Positions 45,689 through 55,749 of a DNA stretch of 64,000 bases are shown here, in pieces (positions within the stretch are counted from its first letter, which is position 1; every line of letters starts with the position of its first letter). This DNA comes from an uncultured Gammaproteobacteria bacterium (GTDB lineage: Bacteria > Patescibacteriota > Microgenomatia > Levybacterales > GWA1-39-11): NCBI GenBank assembly GCA_964409875.1, contig CAYPEN010000003.1, positions 128,557 through 192,556 of the forward strand, read 5' to 3'. The notes beneath the pieces were generated by a model. It had not been told where the DNA came from. It did no database searches and saw nothing but the letters and a program-made list of their open reading frames with translations. The position numbers were made by a program, and so were the translations under genes.

Positions 45689-47491
45689 TTATTCTACACT
45701 ATTAAGACTTCCACTTGCCCTCAATGCGTTTAAAATCACCGCAACATCAATACCTTCTTGAATAATTGCACCAACTATTGGTGGAATAAGACCAAATGAT
45801 GCGAGTATCATGCAAATAACGCTCATCCCAATGCCCGCGGTAATACTCTGACGGGCAATAGAAATTGTCCGTTTGGCGCTCAATATGGAGTATAAAACGG
45901 AGGAGAAATTCCCTCCGAGAAGCACAATGTCCGCGGCTTCTGAAGCTGCAGTTTTTTCCTCGTTTGCAAATACCATTCCGACATTTGATAGCGCAAGAGC
46001 GGGAGCATCGTTGATCCCGTCGCCAACCATAGCGACAACTTTTCCCGACTTTTTTAATGCTTCAATTCCTCCTTGTTTTTCTTCAGGCGTAAGCCCAGCC
46101 TTTATTTTAATAGTAATTCCTAAGTCTTTTACGAGTTTCTGTGCTGCTTCCAGTTTGTCTCCGGTAAAAATAAGAAGCTCAAGCTTCATTTTTTCAAGTT
46201 TTCGTATAACGCCCTTTGACTCGCTCTTTATTTCATCTTCAAAAACAAATGTAGCAATCAATCTCTCTTCTTCAAAGAGTCCTATTTCCATGCCACTTGA
46301 TAGAGTGTCGGTTTTTTTAAGTATATACTGTCTTCCATCGACTTCGCCCTTTATTCCTTTTCCGATTGTCTCTTCAATATGTGTTGCAAGTCGTTTTGGT
46401 GAGTTTTGCCCATACGCAACAATTGCATTTGCTAGTGGATGAAGAGAATTCCTCTCAATAGCAGCAGCGACTGCAAGCACTTCCTCTTTTTTTGCTGTGT
46501 TATTTTCTAATCTGACGTCTACAACTCGTGGTTTTCCTAATGTAATAGTGCCTGTCTTGTCAAAAACCACGGCGTTAACCCTTGCTAATGCTTCGAGACT
46601 TGATAGTTGCTTAATAATGATTCTCTTTTTTGCTTGTGCGTTCATTCCTCCAAGAAGCGCAATCGGTGTTGCAAGAATTAAGGGACAGGGTGTTGCTACA
46701 ACTAGAACGACAAGAATAGACTCCAATGTTCCATGAAGGGAATATGAAAACGAAGCGATTATAAATGTGACAAGTGTAAAATAAACACTATATTTATCTG
46801 CAAGTCTAACAAGGGGTGCTTTGGCGCTTTGCGCTCTCTCTACGATTTCTATTATTTTTGAGTAACTCGAGTCCTTTTCTTCACGAAGAACTTTTACCCT
46901 CACGATACTTCCCACATTTATGATGCCGGAACGAACGTAATCTCCCTGCAGCTTTGCAACTGGAAAAGCCTCACCTGTTAATGACTGTTCATCAAATAAT
47001 CCCTCTTCCGAAATGACTTCTCCATCAAGGGGTACGACTTCACCTTTCCTGATGAGTATAACCTCACCAACCGTTATTTCCTTTACCGCTTTTTTTTGTG
47101 TTTTTGTACGACCTTCAACAGTAACATCATGCGGAATCCTTTCAGAGAGTTCTGTCAAAGAACGCTTTGCCATTGACGCTCCATACTCTTCAAGATTTCT
47201 TCCCGATGCAATCATTAGAGCAAGAATAATCCCAACAATATATTCTCCGGTAATAATAGATACAACAAGAGCAAGTATTGCGATATAGTCAAGACCAAAC
47301 TTTCCACCCCTTATGTCTTCAAGTGTTTCTATAAAAAGCTTGTAACTTCCAAGGAGTATCACGGCAAGAGCTAGAAAAATCGTTAAGAACGTAAGGTGCA
47401 GTGCTGAGAGTAAAAGATACAAAAGCAGTCCGAAGAAGACAGCAATGGGTACAAAAAAATTACGAAGATAAAAAACGATTTTTTTTTGCAT
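45689..47491 (-). CDS. P-type ATPase, heavy-metal (P1B-like) class
   Basis: Motifs TGEA, DKTGTIT, GDGINDAPAL and a TM TPCPL motif. No N-terminal metal-binding domain. Start taken at the internal Met (the track start is at 47542). Confidence 0.65.
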   Translation of the reverse strand: MQKKIVFYLRNFFVPIAVFFGLLLYLLLSALHLTFLTIFLALAVILLGSYKLFIETLEDIRGGKFGLDYIAILALVVSIITGEYIVGIILALMIASGRNLEEYGASMAKRSLTELSERIPHDVTVEGRTKTQKKAVKEITVGEVILIRKGEVVPLDGEVISEEGLFDEQSLTGEAFPVAKLQGDYVRSGIINVGSIVRVKVLREEKDSSYSKIIEIVERAQSAKAPLVRLADKYSVYFTLVTFIIASFSYSLHGTLESILVVLVVATPCPLILATPIALLGGMNAQAKKRIIIKQLSSLEALARVNAVVFDKTGTITLGKPRVVDVRLENNTAKKEEVLAVAAAIERNSLHPLANAIVAYGQNSPKRLATHIEETIGKGIKGEVDGRQYILKKTDTLSSGMEIGLFEEERLIATFVFEDEIKSESKGVIRKLEKMKLELLIFTGDKLEAAQKLVKDLGITIKIKAGLTPEEKQGGIEALKKSGKVVAMVGDGINDAPALALSNVGMVFANEEKTAASEAADIVLLGGNFSSVLYSILSAKRTISIARQSITAGIGMSVICMILASFGLIPPIVGAIIQEGIDVAVILNALRASGSLNSVE

Positions 47492-47507
47492 AGAAATAAT
47501 ACTACAG

Positions 47508-48077
47508 TTAATGAAGCTTTCGTGCCATATACCATGATGCAAACACGAAAAGAAGCGTTGCTAACCAGCCAAGTCCGACGAGTATTTGAATTTTGTAGAT
47601 GAGTAATTCGGTTTCTTCAAGATTTCGCCCTACAGCAACAAACCCTTCACTCTGGTCCTTAAAATGAACAACAACAAGGGCAGCCCTCACGTTTTTAGTA
47701 GGCTGCCATGTTACACGTCTTTGTCCGTTTTTACGAGCGACTTCTAAAAGTCCATGGGGTATCTGTATTTCCTCCCCATTAATAGAGGCTGTTGTTCCTA
47801 CAAATTGTTTGTTAGCGTCATATACATAGAAAAAAGTGGAAAGACTTTTTGAAATATCTATTTTGTTAGTTGGAAATTGATGTGGAATTTCGGGTTCTTT
47901 TGAGAGCCTATTTGAAAGTTCGAGCGCGAGTTGAATAAGAGGTTCATTGGCTCCGAGGCGTAGTGTCTGTTGAAGGGTTACAAAAAGTAAGCCACACATA
48001 AGTGTTATCAAAACTGCAAATGGGAAAAAACGATAGATAGGAGAATGCTCTTTCTTGCTCACAACAAATTTTACCAT
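47508..48077 (-). CDS. hypothetical bitopic membrane protein
   Basis: Two TM helices flank an extracytoplasmic domain of about 130 aa. Lies immediately upstream of the P-type ATPase. Confidence 0.35.
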   Translation of the reverse strand: MVKFVVSKKEHSPIYRFFPFAVLITLMCGLLFVTLQQTLRLGANEPLIQLALELSNRLSKEPEIPHQFPTNKIDISKSLSTFFYVYDANKQFVGTTASINGEEIQIPHGLLEVARKNGQRRVTWQPTKNVRAALVVVHFKDQSEGFVAVGRNLEETELLIYKIQILVGLGWLATLLFVFASWYMARKLH

Positions 48078-48165
48078 TATTTTTTAGCAAATTTCCATGA
48101 CCCCCTTGACCAAAACGAAAGATTAAGGTATATAAAAAGTCCTGAGCAGGCCATCCTTTTTCTTC

Positions 48166-49017
48166 ATGCTGTCCATTGCTGTCATCCTACTTTGTGGATT
48201 TCTTTTCTCATTTCTTTCCTCACCTCTTCCTTCAATCCCCTATTTCATACGTCTGCAAAATACTACATCAACCAAAACCTTTTCACCGGGGCAAATTTAC
48301 CAGTCAATATTGCGACAAATGGATATGTTAAGCGGAAGAGGGGAACTTTTCGGTGTTTACTTTCATGGAAATAGAAATTCAAATAAAATCGCGCTTACAT
48401 TTGATGCTGATATGACGTATGGCATGCAACAACTGTTACTTACCGGAAAAGTAAAGAGTTTCTATGACAAACCTCTTATTGAATTGCTCAAAAAACTTGA
48501 TACCCCGGCAACACTTTTCTTGACTGGAATGTGGGTTGAACAGTATCCTGAAGTGGTAAAAGAACTTTCATCAAATCCGCTTTTTGAAATGGGTAGTCAC
48601 TCATATGCTCATAAAGCCTATTCCTCCCCCTGCTATTCGCTTGACCCTATTTTGGAAGAGGACAAAATACAAGATATAGGAGCTTCTCAATTTCTCATAG
48701 AGCACTACTCAAAGAAGAAGACTGTCTTGTTTCGATTTCCTGGCGGTTGTTTTGGACCTGGCGATCTTGCGCTTCTTAAGCTTGCTGGTGCAAAAGCTAT
48801 TGCGTGGGATGTGGTGGCAGATGATGGTTTTAGCGCAGATACAAAAGGAATCGTTCAGCGTGTTGTGTCGAGAACGAAAAACGGCTCAATAATTGTGATG
48901 CATATGAACGGCTTTCCGAACGAGCCAGTTGATTTTATAGCAGTTCCGGAAATTGTTAAAGAATTAAGAGCAAGGGGATTTGAATTTGTTACTATTACCA
49001 AACTTTTGAATTTTTGA
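48166..49017 (+). CDS. polysaccharide deacetylase (CE4/NodB homology)
   Basis: N-terminal TM, TFDAD and HSYAH motifs. Confidence 0.65.
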   Translation: MLSIAVILLCGFLFSFLSSPLPSIPYFIRLQNTTSTKTFSPGQIYQSILRQMDMLSGRGELFGVYFHGNRNSNKIALTFDADMTYGMQQLLLTGKVKSFYDKPLIELLKKLDTPATLFLTGMWVEQYPEVVKELSSNPLFEMGSHSYAHKAYSSPCYSLDPILEEDKIQDIGASQFLIEHYSKKKTVLFRFPGGCFGPGDLALLKLAGAKAIAWDVVADDGFSADTKGIVQRVVSRTKNGSIIVMHMNGFPNEPVDFIAVPEIVKELRARGFEFVTITKLLNF

Positions 49018-50153
49018 AGTGTACAATTAACCCATATATGCTTAAGTTAGGAAGTTTATTAACGAGAAGTTATAAACCGCTAAATGTAGTAGAGGTATTC
49101 CAAAAGAATCTTCTTTCAAATTACGAGTATCTTCAGTCATTTGGTCTAAAAGTAGCTCCTGTACTTAAGAGTAATGCGTATGGCCATGGGTTGGTTGAGG
49201 TTGCAAAAATTTTAGACAAGAAATCACCACCATTTTTTTGTGTAGACAGTCTCTATGAGGCTTATGAGCTTCTCAAAGCAGGTATTAAAACCAAAATTCT
49301 TATAATGGGTTATGTTGATCCTGAAAGCCTCATAACAAAAAGGCTTCCTTTTTCCTTTACTCTTTATACCTTGGAACAAATGAAGGTTTTGTCAAAATAC
49401 CAACCGCAAAGTCCGGTACATATTTTTGTTGATTCAGGAATGCACCGTGAGGGATTTCAGTTGGACATTCTGCAAAAAGTAACAGAGGAGCTGCATAAAA
49501 ATAGGTTAAAAATTGAAGGAATAATGTCTCACTTTGCTGAGGCAGAAAAGCCCTTCAAAAGGCAAACAAAGAAACAAATTGATGTGTTTAAAGCTGCACT
49601 CCAAACAACAACACGACTTAATGTTTTCCCTGAATTCGTTCATTTTTCTAATACTTCCGGTACGATTACTATAAAAGAACTTGGGGGTATAGGTAATGTT
49701 GCGCGTTGCGGATTGGGTTTGTATGGCATAGATCCTGACGGGAAAAATAAAAAGCTTTTGCCTGCGCTTCAATTAAAGAGCACGGTAGCTCAGTTGAAAG
49801 AGATATCAAAAGGAGAGTATGTAGGATACGGATTTACGTATAGAACAGATATGAAAAGAAAAATTGCAATCTTGCCATTAGGGTACAACGACGGCTTAGA
49901 TAGAAGGCTATCAAATAGTGGATTTGTGTATATTGACGAAATTGCTTGTCCCATTGTTGGAAGAGTAAGCATGAATATTACAACGGTGGATGTCACAAAA
50001 TGCAGAAATGTAAAAGTTGGAGATGAGGCAATCGTTTTTTCTCGTAAGACTGATGATAGAAATAGCATTCAAAATGCAGCAAAAGCTGCAAAGACAATAC
50101 CGTATGATTTATTAGTACATTTGAATTTTTCAACGCGAAGGATTGTGCGTTAG
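49014..50153 (+). CDS. alr: alanine racemase
   Basis: PLP-lysine motif VLKSNAYGHG and the alanine-racemase C-terminal domain. ATGA overlap. Confidence 0.8.
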   Translation: MKCTINPYMLKLGSLLTRSYKPLNVVEVFQKNLLSNYEYLQSFGLKVAPVLKSNAYGHGLVEVAKILDKKSPPFFCVDSLYEAYELLKAGIKTKILIMGYVDPESLITKRLPFSFTLYTLEQMKVLSKYQPQSPVHIFVDSGMHREGFQLDILQKVTEELHKNRLKIEGIMSHFAEAEKPFKRQTKKQIDVFKAALQTTTRLNVFPEFVHFSNTSGTITIKELGGIGNVARCGLGLYGIDPDGKNKKLLPALQLKSTVAQLKEISKGEYVGYGFTYRTDMKRKIAILPLGYNDGLDRRLSNSGFVYIDEIACPIVGRVSMNITTVDVTKCRNVKVGDEAIVFSRKTDDRNSIQNAAKAAKTIPYDLLVHLNFSTRRIVR

Positions 50154-50422
50154 TTTTTTAAGTTTTGCGCTGCTTTCAATTTTCTAGCAGTTGCTAAGAC
50201 ATCGAGTTTCTTTTGCTTTTCTTCTTTTAGTTCATCTGACTTTTGTTTTAACGCTTCGAGTTTTTGCTCAACAATCTTTTGGCATTCTTTGTCCGGGCAA
50301 ACGGTATCAGTGTGAATAATAGTTGAAGTTCCGAAAAATGTGGCAATTTCTTCTTTCCACTTTTTTCCTTCAATACGCTCTTTTCCGCATCGAGTACATG
50401 GATTTGAAGATTTTGGTTGCAT
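50150..50422 (-). CDS. small hypothetical protein with CxxC...CxxxC and a coiled-coil tail
   Basis: CTRCGK...CPDKEC, then a Lys/Glu-rich helix. Confidence 0.35.
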   Translation of the reverse strand: MQPKSSNPCTRCGKERIEGKKWKEEIATFFGTSTIIHTDTVCPDKECQKIVEQKLEALKQKSDELKEEKQKKLDVLATARKLKAAQNLKN

Positions 50423-50478
50423 AGGCCAGGGGATTTACTTTCCTGATTACTATAACACATTTTGAGGATAAAATCAAG

Positions 50479-52002
50479 TTAGGCAGACGTTTCTTGGTAG
50501 CCGGGGAAAAAGTCAACCTTTATATTTTTCTGGTTCACGCCTGTTTCTTTCAGAACCTTCTCAAAATTTTGAACCATCAGCTGAGGACCCGAGACGTAGA
50601 ATTTCCGCTTCTGAAAGTCAGGGATTACCAAACGAATTGTTTCGGGTGTCACATGGCCTACAAGGCCCTTCCATTCCTGTGGCAGCAAGCTTTTATCTGT
50701 AAGTATGTAATGGGTTGTGACACCATGTGCTCTCGCTCTCTCCAGAGTATCCATAAAAAGAATATCCTCTTTCTTTTTGTTAGCGAAAAGTATAACAATA
50801 TTTACGTTTTCTTTCCTTTCAATGATGTCCTCAATAATGCTTCGGAATGGTGCTATTCCAACCCCTCCGGCAATAAACACAAGGGGAGTAGTGTGGTCCT
50901 TTGGCATCGTAAAGTCGCCAGAGAGACTTGAAGCGATAAAACGAGTATCTTTTTGCATGGCAAAAAGCGCCCTCTTGTACGTGCTTGAGGGGGTGTAGAA
51001 TTTTACAGCCATCATGAGATTTTCATGAGGCGCAGAAGCTATACTAAAGTACCTTCTGTTGCCTCTGGAGTCTGGATTTGGATGGGGAAGAGTCCATTCC
51101 ATATATTGGCCGGGCGTAAAATTGAACTTTTTTTGAGGCCCAAAATCAAATAAAAATGTGTCGGGGGAAATTTGAGTTTTCTTAAAGAGGGTTAGGTCAA
51201 AACGATATTTAGGATTAACGATGTATGAGAATATATTGCCCGCAACAAGTGCCATTTCAGGGGTAAATACAGGTCCTCCAAGTCTTAGAATTGGGGTTGC
51301 ATACAAAAGAGAAACGAGTAGCGCATACAATGTTCTCATTTTTTTTGTTGCCGGAGAAGTGAGTGGTTCGGTAAGCATTATAAAAGTGAAAAACAGTAAT
51401 GCGGATGACATGAAACCCCGTTGCCACAAGGTAATAATCGAATTGCCATGAAGTATAGCGGCAACGGCTGAAAGAATTAAGTAAGAAAGTAAAAAAACGG
51501 AAGCCATAAAGCCTCTCTGTACTTTTCTTACAATAAGTAATCCACCGAGTGCAACCGGTACGAAGAGGAGGGGGGTTCCTACCCACCACGTTGCCGAATG
51601 CTCGGGGGAGAGGATGGAGAGCATAAGAACAGCAATGGCTGCGGGATTAAAAAGGTGCCTCTTTTCGACTGTCAGAAGATACTTAGAGCCCATTGCAAGA
51701 AGTGAAACAGCAATGAGTCCCCCTATCTGATGGGGAAATTTAACGGGAAATATGAGAACTACTATCAGTCCTGTTATAAAAACACTCTCAACGTTGGTTA
51801 CCGCTTTGAAAAATATAGCAAATAGCCAATTTGAAAACAGACAGACAGAAAGAACTACAAGAGTTGAGAGGAGAATATCCAAAGCACCATAGTAAATAAG
51901 TCCGAAAAAGCCTAGGGAAGTGGCAATTGCAACAAGCACAATGAGATAGTACAGGGTAAGCCTGTACATCGTAATTTTATTAAGATACTTGTCTATGAAC
52001 AT
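50479..52002 (-). CDS. polytopic membrane domain fused to an FNR-like FAD/NAD(P)-binding oxidoreductase domain
   Basis: The first ~270 aa have 6-8 TM helices with four His. The C-terminus has RYFSIASAP (RxYS FAD motif) and GGVGIAPF (NAD(P) motif). Confidence 0.55.
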   Translation of the reverse strand: MFIDKYLNKITMYRLTLYYLIVLVAIATSLGFFGLIYYGALDILLSTLVVLSVCLFSNWLFAIFFKAVTNVESVFITGLIVVLIFPVKFPHQIGGLIAVSLLAMGSKYLLTVEKRHLFNPAAIAVLMLSILSPEHSATWWVGTPLLFVPVALGGLLIVRKVQRGFMASVFLLSYLILSAVAAILHGNSIITLWQRGFMSSALLFFTFIMLTEPLTSPATKKMRTLYALLVSLLYATPILRLGGPVFTPEMALVAGNIFSYIVNPKYRFDLTLFKKTQISPDTFLFDFGPQKKFNFTPGQYMEWTLPHPNPDSRGNRRYFSIASAPHENLMMAVKFYTPSSTYKRALFAMQKDTRFIASSLSGDFTMPKDHTTPLVFIAGGVGIAPFRSIIEDIIERKENVNIVILFANKKKEDILFMDTLERARAHGVTTHYILTDKSLLPQEWKGLVGHVTPETIRLVIPDFQKRKFYVSGPQLMVQNFEKVLKETGVNQKNIKVDFFPGYQETSA

Positions 52003-52006
52003 AGGG

Positions 52007-52744
52007 TTACGGTGTAAGGTATAGGGAAAAGCCAGAGCTTATAAGCTCTCTTCCATCTTTTGTTATCAAATATCCTTCAAGCCCATCGCTATTCTCCAAA
52101 AATTCTAATCCTTTTTCGCCCATTGCATATACCGCTGTTGCGAATCTATCGGCCTCATACACATTGGGAGCTATTACCGTTACACTCGACAACTCGTTTG
52201 CAAGCTTCTTTTTTATTGGGTTATAGATATGCATTCCCCTCTCATAGGTGCCTGAGGTTGCTATTCCGCAGTCGGTAAGATAGAGAACTTTTGCATTTTC
52301 AAACGTTCTCAACGGATTTCGTACTCCCACTTTCCATTTCTGTCCATTTTTGAGTCCCCGAATATCAATGTCCCCCCCAATTTCTACGTAGAAATTTCTG
52401 TATCCTTTTTTCATAAGCATCCTGGAACCTTCAAATATGGCATACCCCTTTACAAGTCCTGAGGGATCGATAATACCCTCAATGGTGATATCAAAATATC
52501 CTTTTGTTTTTTGCTTCGTTTCTTCACAAAGTTTTAATACTTTTTTTACTTCCGGGCTCGCATCTTCTTTTTTCAGCAACTTTTTATTAATTTTTGAAAT
52601 CTCACTTGTTTTTTTGTAGGTACTGAATGTCTCGTCAATTTCATGGAAATAATCGAGCACCTCGTCAATATCAGTGCTCTTGACTGTGGGCTCGAGAACC
52701 TCCACTGCAACGCTCATGCCCATTATCCCTTCCGTTATTTTCAT
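52007..52744 (-). CDS. apbE: ApbE-family FAD:protein FMN transferase
   Basis: Carries an SKIN motif, YFDITIEG and GLVKGYA, which are characteristic ApbE regions. No signal peptide is detectable. Confidence 0.65.
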   Translation of the reverse strand: MKITEGIMGMSVAVEVLEPTVKSTDIDEVLDYFHEIDETFSTYKKTSEISKINKKLLKKEDASPEVKKVLKLCEETKQKTKGYFDITIEGIIDPSGLVKGYAIFEGSRMLMKKGYRNFYVEIGGDIDIRGLKNGQKWKVGVRNPLRTFENAKVLYLTDCGIATSGTYERGMHIYNPIKKKLANELSSVTVIAPNVYEADRFATAVYAMGEKGLEFLENSDGLEGYLITKDGRELISSGFSLYLTP

Positions 52745-52751
52745 ATTCGTC

Positions 52752-53258
52752 TCAGTTTTGGGCTTTCTTCAACGCCTCTGCTAGTGACCGTGAGAAGGCT
52801 GGACTTGAATCGGAAGCCCCACTAATTATATCAATCGAAGCACTCTGTGCATTAATAGCCTCATCCCGCAATAGTGGGATTGCCTGAGTATTAATTGAAA
52901 TTGAAGTCCGGTTGTCATTGGGATAGAGGAGGGGAACTACATCAGTAAGTCTGCCATTTTTTATGACTGCTCTTACCTGTAAATTCCCATAAAATGCGTC
53001 TTCTACTGTTCCGTCATACGACCCATCGCGGTATTTTCCCGCAATTTTTACCGTCGGAGTAGGTGTTATCGGGGTAATTGTTGGATTTATTGTCTCTTGA
53101 GGATTTGGGGTTGAGCTGGCATTTTCCTGTGTTGGAATTGGCAGAGTTTGTTTATTGCCTACGATTTTTACGTCGTCATCGCTTCCTCTCAAGTTTTTTG
53201 CAAACACAAGCAAAAAAAAAGCCCCCAGAACAACTGTTATCTGAATGTATTTTTTCAT
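52752..53258 (-). CDS. membrane-anchored FMN-binding-domain protein (NqrC/RnfG-like), predicted ApbE flavinylation target
   Basis: N-terminal TM anchor. C-terminal DIISGASDSS matches the Dxx[ST]GA[TS] flavinylation motif. Confidence 0.6.
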   Translation of the reverse strand: MKKYIQITVVLGAFFLLVFAKNLRGSDDDVKIVGNKQTLPIPTQENASSTPNPQETINPTITPITPTPTVKIAGKYRDGSYDGTVEDAFYGNLQVRAVIKNGRLTDVVPLLYPNDNRTSISINTQAIPLLRDEAINAQSASIDIISGASDSSPAFSRSLAEALKKAQN

Positions 53259-53323
53259 ATACTACAAATAGTCTAACAAGTATAGCTTAAAACTTTCTTA
53301 ATAGTCGTTGAATTGAGTCAACT

Positions 53324-53599
53324 ATGGAAAAAAGGATTCCCCATTTTGTGTATATCCTCGAATGTTCTGACAACACCTATTATATTGGCAGGACTAACAA
53401 TGTAATAAAGCGACTTATGGCTCATAATGGCCTTATTTCAGGAGGTTCCCGCTATACCAGTGCACGTAGACCTGTCTATCTTGTTTATCTAGAAGAAGTT
53501 GCAGATTTATCGGACGCGCTTAAGCGTGAGTATGCACTAAAACAATTAACAAGAGCTGAAAAATCGGCGCTAATTCACCTTAGTAGCCGAGCTGCTTGA
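53324..53599 (+). CDS. GIY-YIG nuclease-domain protein (YhbQ-like, stand-alone)
   Basis: VYILECSDNTYYIGRTNNVIKRLMAHN. Confidence 0.7.
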   Translation: MEKRIPHFVYILECSDNTYYIGRTNNVIKRLMAHNGLISGGSRYTSARRPVYLVYLEEVADLSDALKREYALKQLTRAEKSALIHLSSRAA

Positions 53600-53915
53600 G
53601 ATTTATCTGTTGATTAAGGGTTTTATTAGCTTCCTGAATAAACCCAAAAAAGAGCCAAAGGGAAAGAATGGTACTAAGAAGTGTCAAAAATAGTGCAATA
53701 AGTCCGATGTGTTTTGAGTGAGAATCGCCTTTTGCAAGGTATTTAATGCCAGGGAAAAGGCCGAGGGGAGGAAGAAGTAGACTTACCATGTAAATACTTA
53801 TTTGTTTTGCCGCTGTAACAGTAAGTGGAATGTCCTTTAGCTTTAGACCACAGGACGGACAAAAGTTATATTCAGGAAGAATAGCCTTTTTACAAGACTC
53901 ACAATATGGTTGCAT
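53580..53915 (-). CDS. zinc-ribbon membrane protein
   Basis: N-terminal CxxC-N13-CxxC ribbon followed by two TM helices. Confidence 0.4.
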   Translation of the reverse strand: MQPYCESCKKAILPEYNFCPSCGLKLKDIPLTVTAAKQISIYMVSLLLPPLGLFPGIKYLAKGDSHSKHIGLIALFLTLLSTILSLWLFFGFIQEANKTLNQQINLKQLGY

Positions 53916-53958
53916 ACTTCAAGCTTCTCACAAATGTGATAAAGCCGTCAATAAAGCA

Positions 53959-54423
53959 TTACTTTTGCTGCGTTGGTCTTCCCAACATCCTAAAAGCAGG
54001 GTTTATTTGGATGTTTTGAGCCGTAACTGAACCGTCTGAATTGGCAGTCCCTATTGCTGCTATTTTTGTTCCTGCTTTTAGATCCGTTTTTGCTCCTGTT
54101 TCTGTTTTGCTATAGGTGGTTGCAGATGAGAGATTTACGATTTTACTACTGCCATCGGAAAGTTTTACGGTTAAGCTGTCGTTATCAATAGAGACAATGT
54201 CACCAATAACAGCTCCACCAAAGCCACGATTATTAGCACCTCCACGCATCATGCCTATCTGACCCTGCCCAAACCTTCCCTCACGAGCAAATTGGCCAAA
54301 AGTATTTCGGGTTTGGGATTTTTGATAGAGCACTCCTGCATAGAAAGCACCTGCCGCAACTATAAGTGCCAATACAACTCCCACAAAAAGATTTTTTTTG
54401 GAATTATTTTTCTCTTGAGCCAT
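53959..54423 (-). CDS. membrane-anchored hypothetical protein (beta-rich ectodomain)
   Basis: N-terminal TM, a Gly-rich linker and a repetitive Thr/Ser/Lys beta-like C-terminus. Last gene of the ABC-exporter operon. Confidence 0.35.
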   Translation of the reverse strand: MAQEKNNSKKNLFVGVVLALIVAAGAFYAGVLYQKSQTRNTFGQFAREGRFGQGQIGMMRGGANNRGFGGAVIGDIVSIDNDSLTVKLSDGSSKIVNLSSATTYSKTETGAKTDLKAGTKIAAIGTANSDGSVTAQNIQINPAFRMLGRPTQQK

Positions 54424-54489
54424 AGAATCACCTCCTATCTTTTTGTAACTATAATGCTTCTTACTTAAAAAATGCTGATGAATTTATAT

Positions 54490-55749
54490 TTACTCATAGC
54501 GAAGTGCCTCTATGGGTTGTAGATTTGCAGCTTTTCTTGCAGGATACCATCCGAAAAGTATCCCGATTCCCCCCGATACAGCAAATGCCAGTAAAATTGA
54601 ATAGAGTGAGATAACAAAAAGAGAGGAGGTAAGAATTGAGTATCCATAGGACAATACAATTCCAAGTAGAATTCCGATAAGGCCCCCTGTAAAAGTCAGA
54701 ATAATCGACTCTATAAGAAATTGAGTAATAATGGTTTTCTTTTTTGCTCCTAACGCTTTTCTGAGGCCAATTTCACGGGTACGTTCCGTTACCGTGACGA
54801 GCATAATGTTCATAATCCCTATTCCCCCGACTAGCAGCGAAATAGCCGCTATACCTGCCAGGAAGGTGGTGAAAGTTCCAGTCGCTTGCGAGGCGGTTGC
54901 GAGAATATCAGCCTGTGAAAAGATGGAAAAGTCGGCTTGGGTAGGTTCTGACAGTTTGTGCCGGGAAAGGAGCAGATAGCCCACCTGATTCTGAGCATCG
55001 GTCATCACATCAGACGATTTAGCTTCAAGAGCTATTGAGTTTAAATAGGCTTGTCCAAAAACAATTTTTTGGGCTGTCAGAAGCGGGATGAAGGCAACGT
55101 TGTCTTGATTAAAAAATCCGCTTCCTCCTTTGCTTTTTGTAATCCCTACGACTCGAAATGGAATTCCGCTAATACGAACGCTTTGTCCCGTAACGTTTGT
55201 AGCGTTTCCAAAGAGGTCACTTGCTGCTTGCGGGCCTAAGACTATTACTTTTGAAAGTGACAGGTTATCAGTATCTGTAATAAATGCTCCTGAATCTATG
55301 GTTATCTTATGAACATCAGGATATGAGCTTGTTGCCCCAATTATTTGAACGTTCGTATTTGTTCTTCCTGCCGTTACTTGCTCTCGTTTTTGCACTTCGG
55401 GGGAAACAGTCTTGACTGTCGTTACAAGCGGGGATGTTTTTATTGCTTTAGCATCGTCATTTGTTAGAGTTGTCCCACCACCTGCCGCTCCCCTAACAGT
55501 GCCGGTTGTAAGAGAACCGGGATTAACAGTGAGTAAATTTGCCCCAAGGGACTGTATTTGGTTTTGAACAGACTGCTGGGTGGACTGTCCTAGCGACACA
55601 AGTACGATTACACTTCCTATTCCGATAACTATTCCCAAAATTGCAAGACTTGTTCGCATTTTGTTAATAGTAAGTGTTGAAAGGCTTTCTGAAAGAAGTT
55701 CCTGTAGTTCTTTCCTATTCATTTCTCTCCCTTCTATTTTTCTCATCAC
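54490..55749 (-). CDS. ABC transporter permease, FtsX/MacB family
   Basis: TM1, then a large extracytoplasmic domain, then three C-terminal TM helices (FtsX fold). Confidence 0.75.
   Translation of the reverse strand: MMRKIEGREMNRKELQELLSESLSTLTINKMRTSLAILGIVIGIGSVIVLVSLGQSTQQSVQNQIQSLGANLLTVNPGSLTTGTVRGAAGGGTTLTNDDAKAIKTSPLVTTVKTVSPEVQKREQVTAGRTNTNVQIIGATSSYPDVHKITIDSGAFITDTDNLSLSKVIVLGPQAASDLFGNATNVTGQSVRISGIPFRVVGITKSKGGSGFFNQDNVAFIPLLTAQKIVFGQAYLNSIALEAKSSDVMTDAQNQVGYLLLSRHKLSEPTQADFSIFSQADILATASQATGTFTTFLAGIAAISLLVGGIGIMNIMLVTVTERTREIGLRKALGAKKKTIITQFLIESIILTFTGGLIGILLGIVLSYGYSILTSSLFVISLYSILLAFAVSGGIGILFGWYPARKAANLQPIEALRYE

Noticed and set aside
45689-47542. KdpB (K+-ATPase) assignment, based on the DKTGTIT motif
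   Set aside because: No kdpA/kdpC neighbours. The TM Cys-Pro motif and overall size fit the P1B heavy-metal class better.
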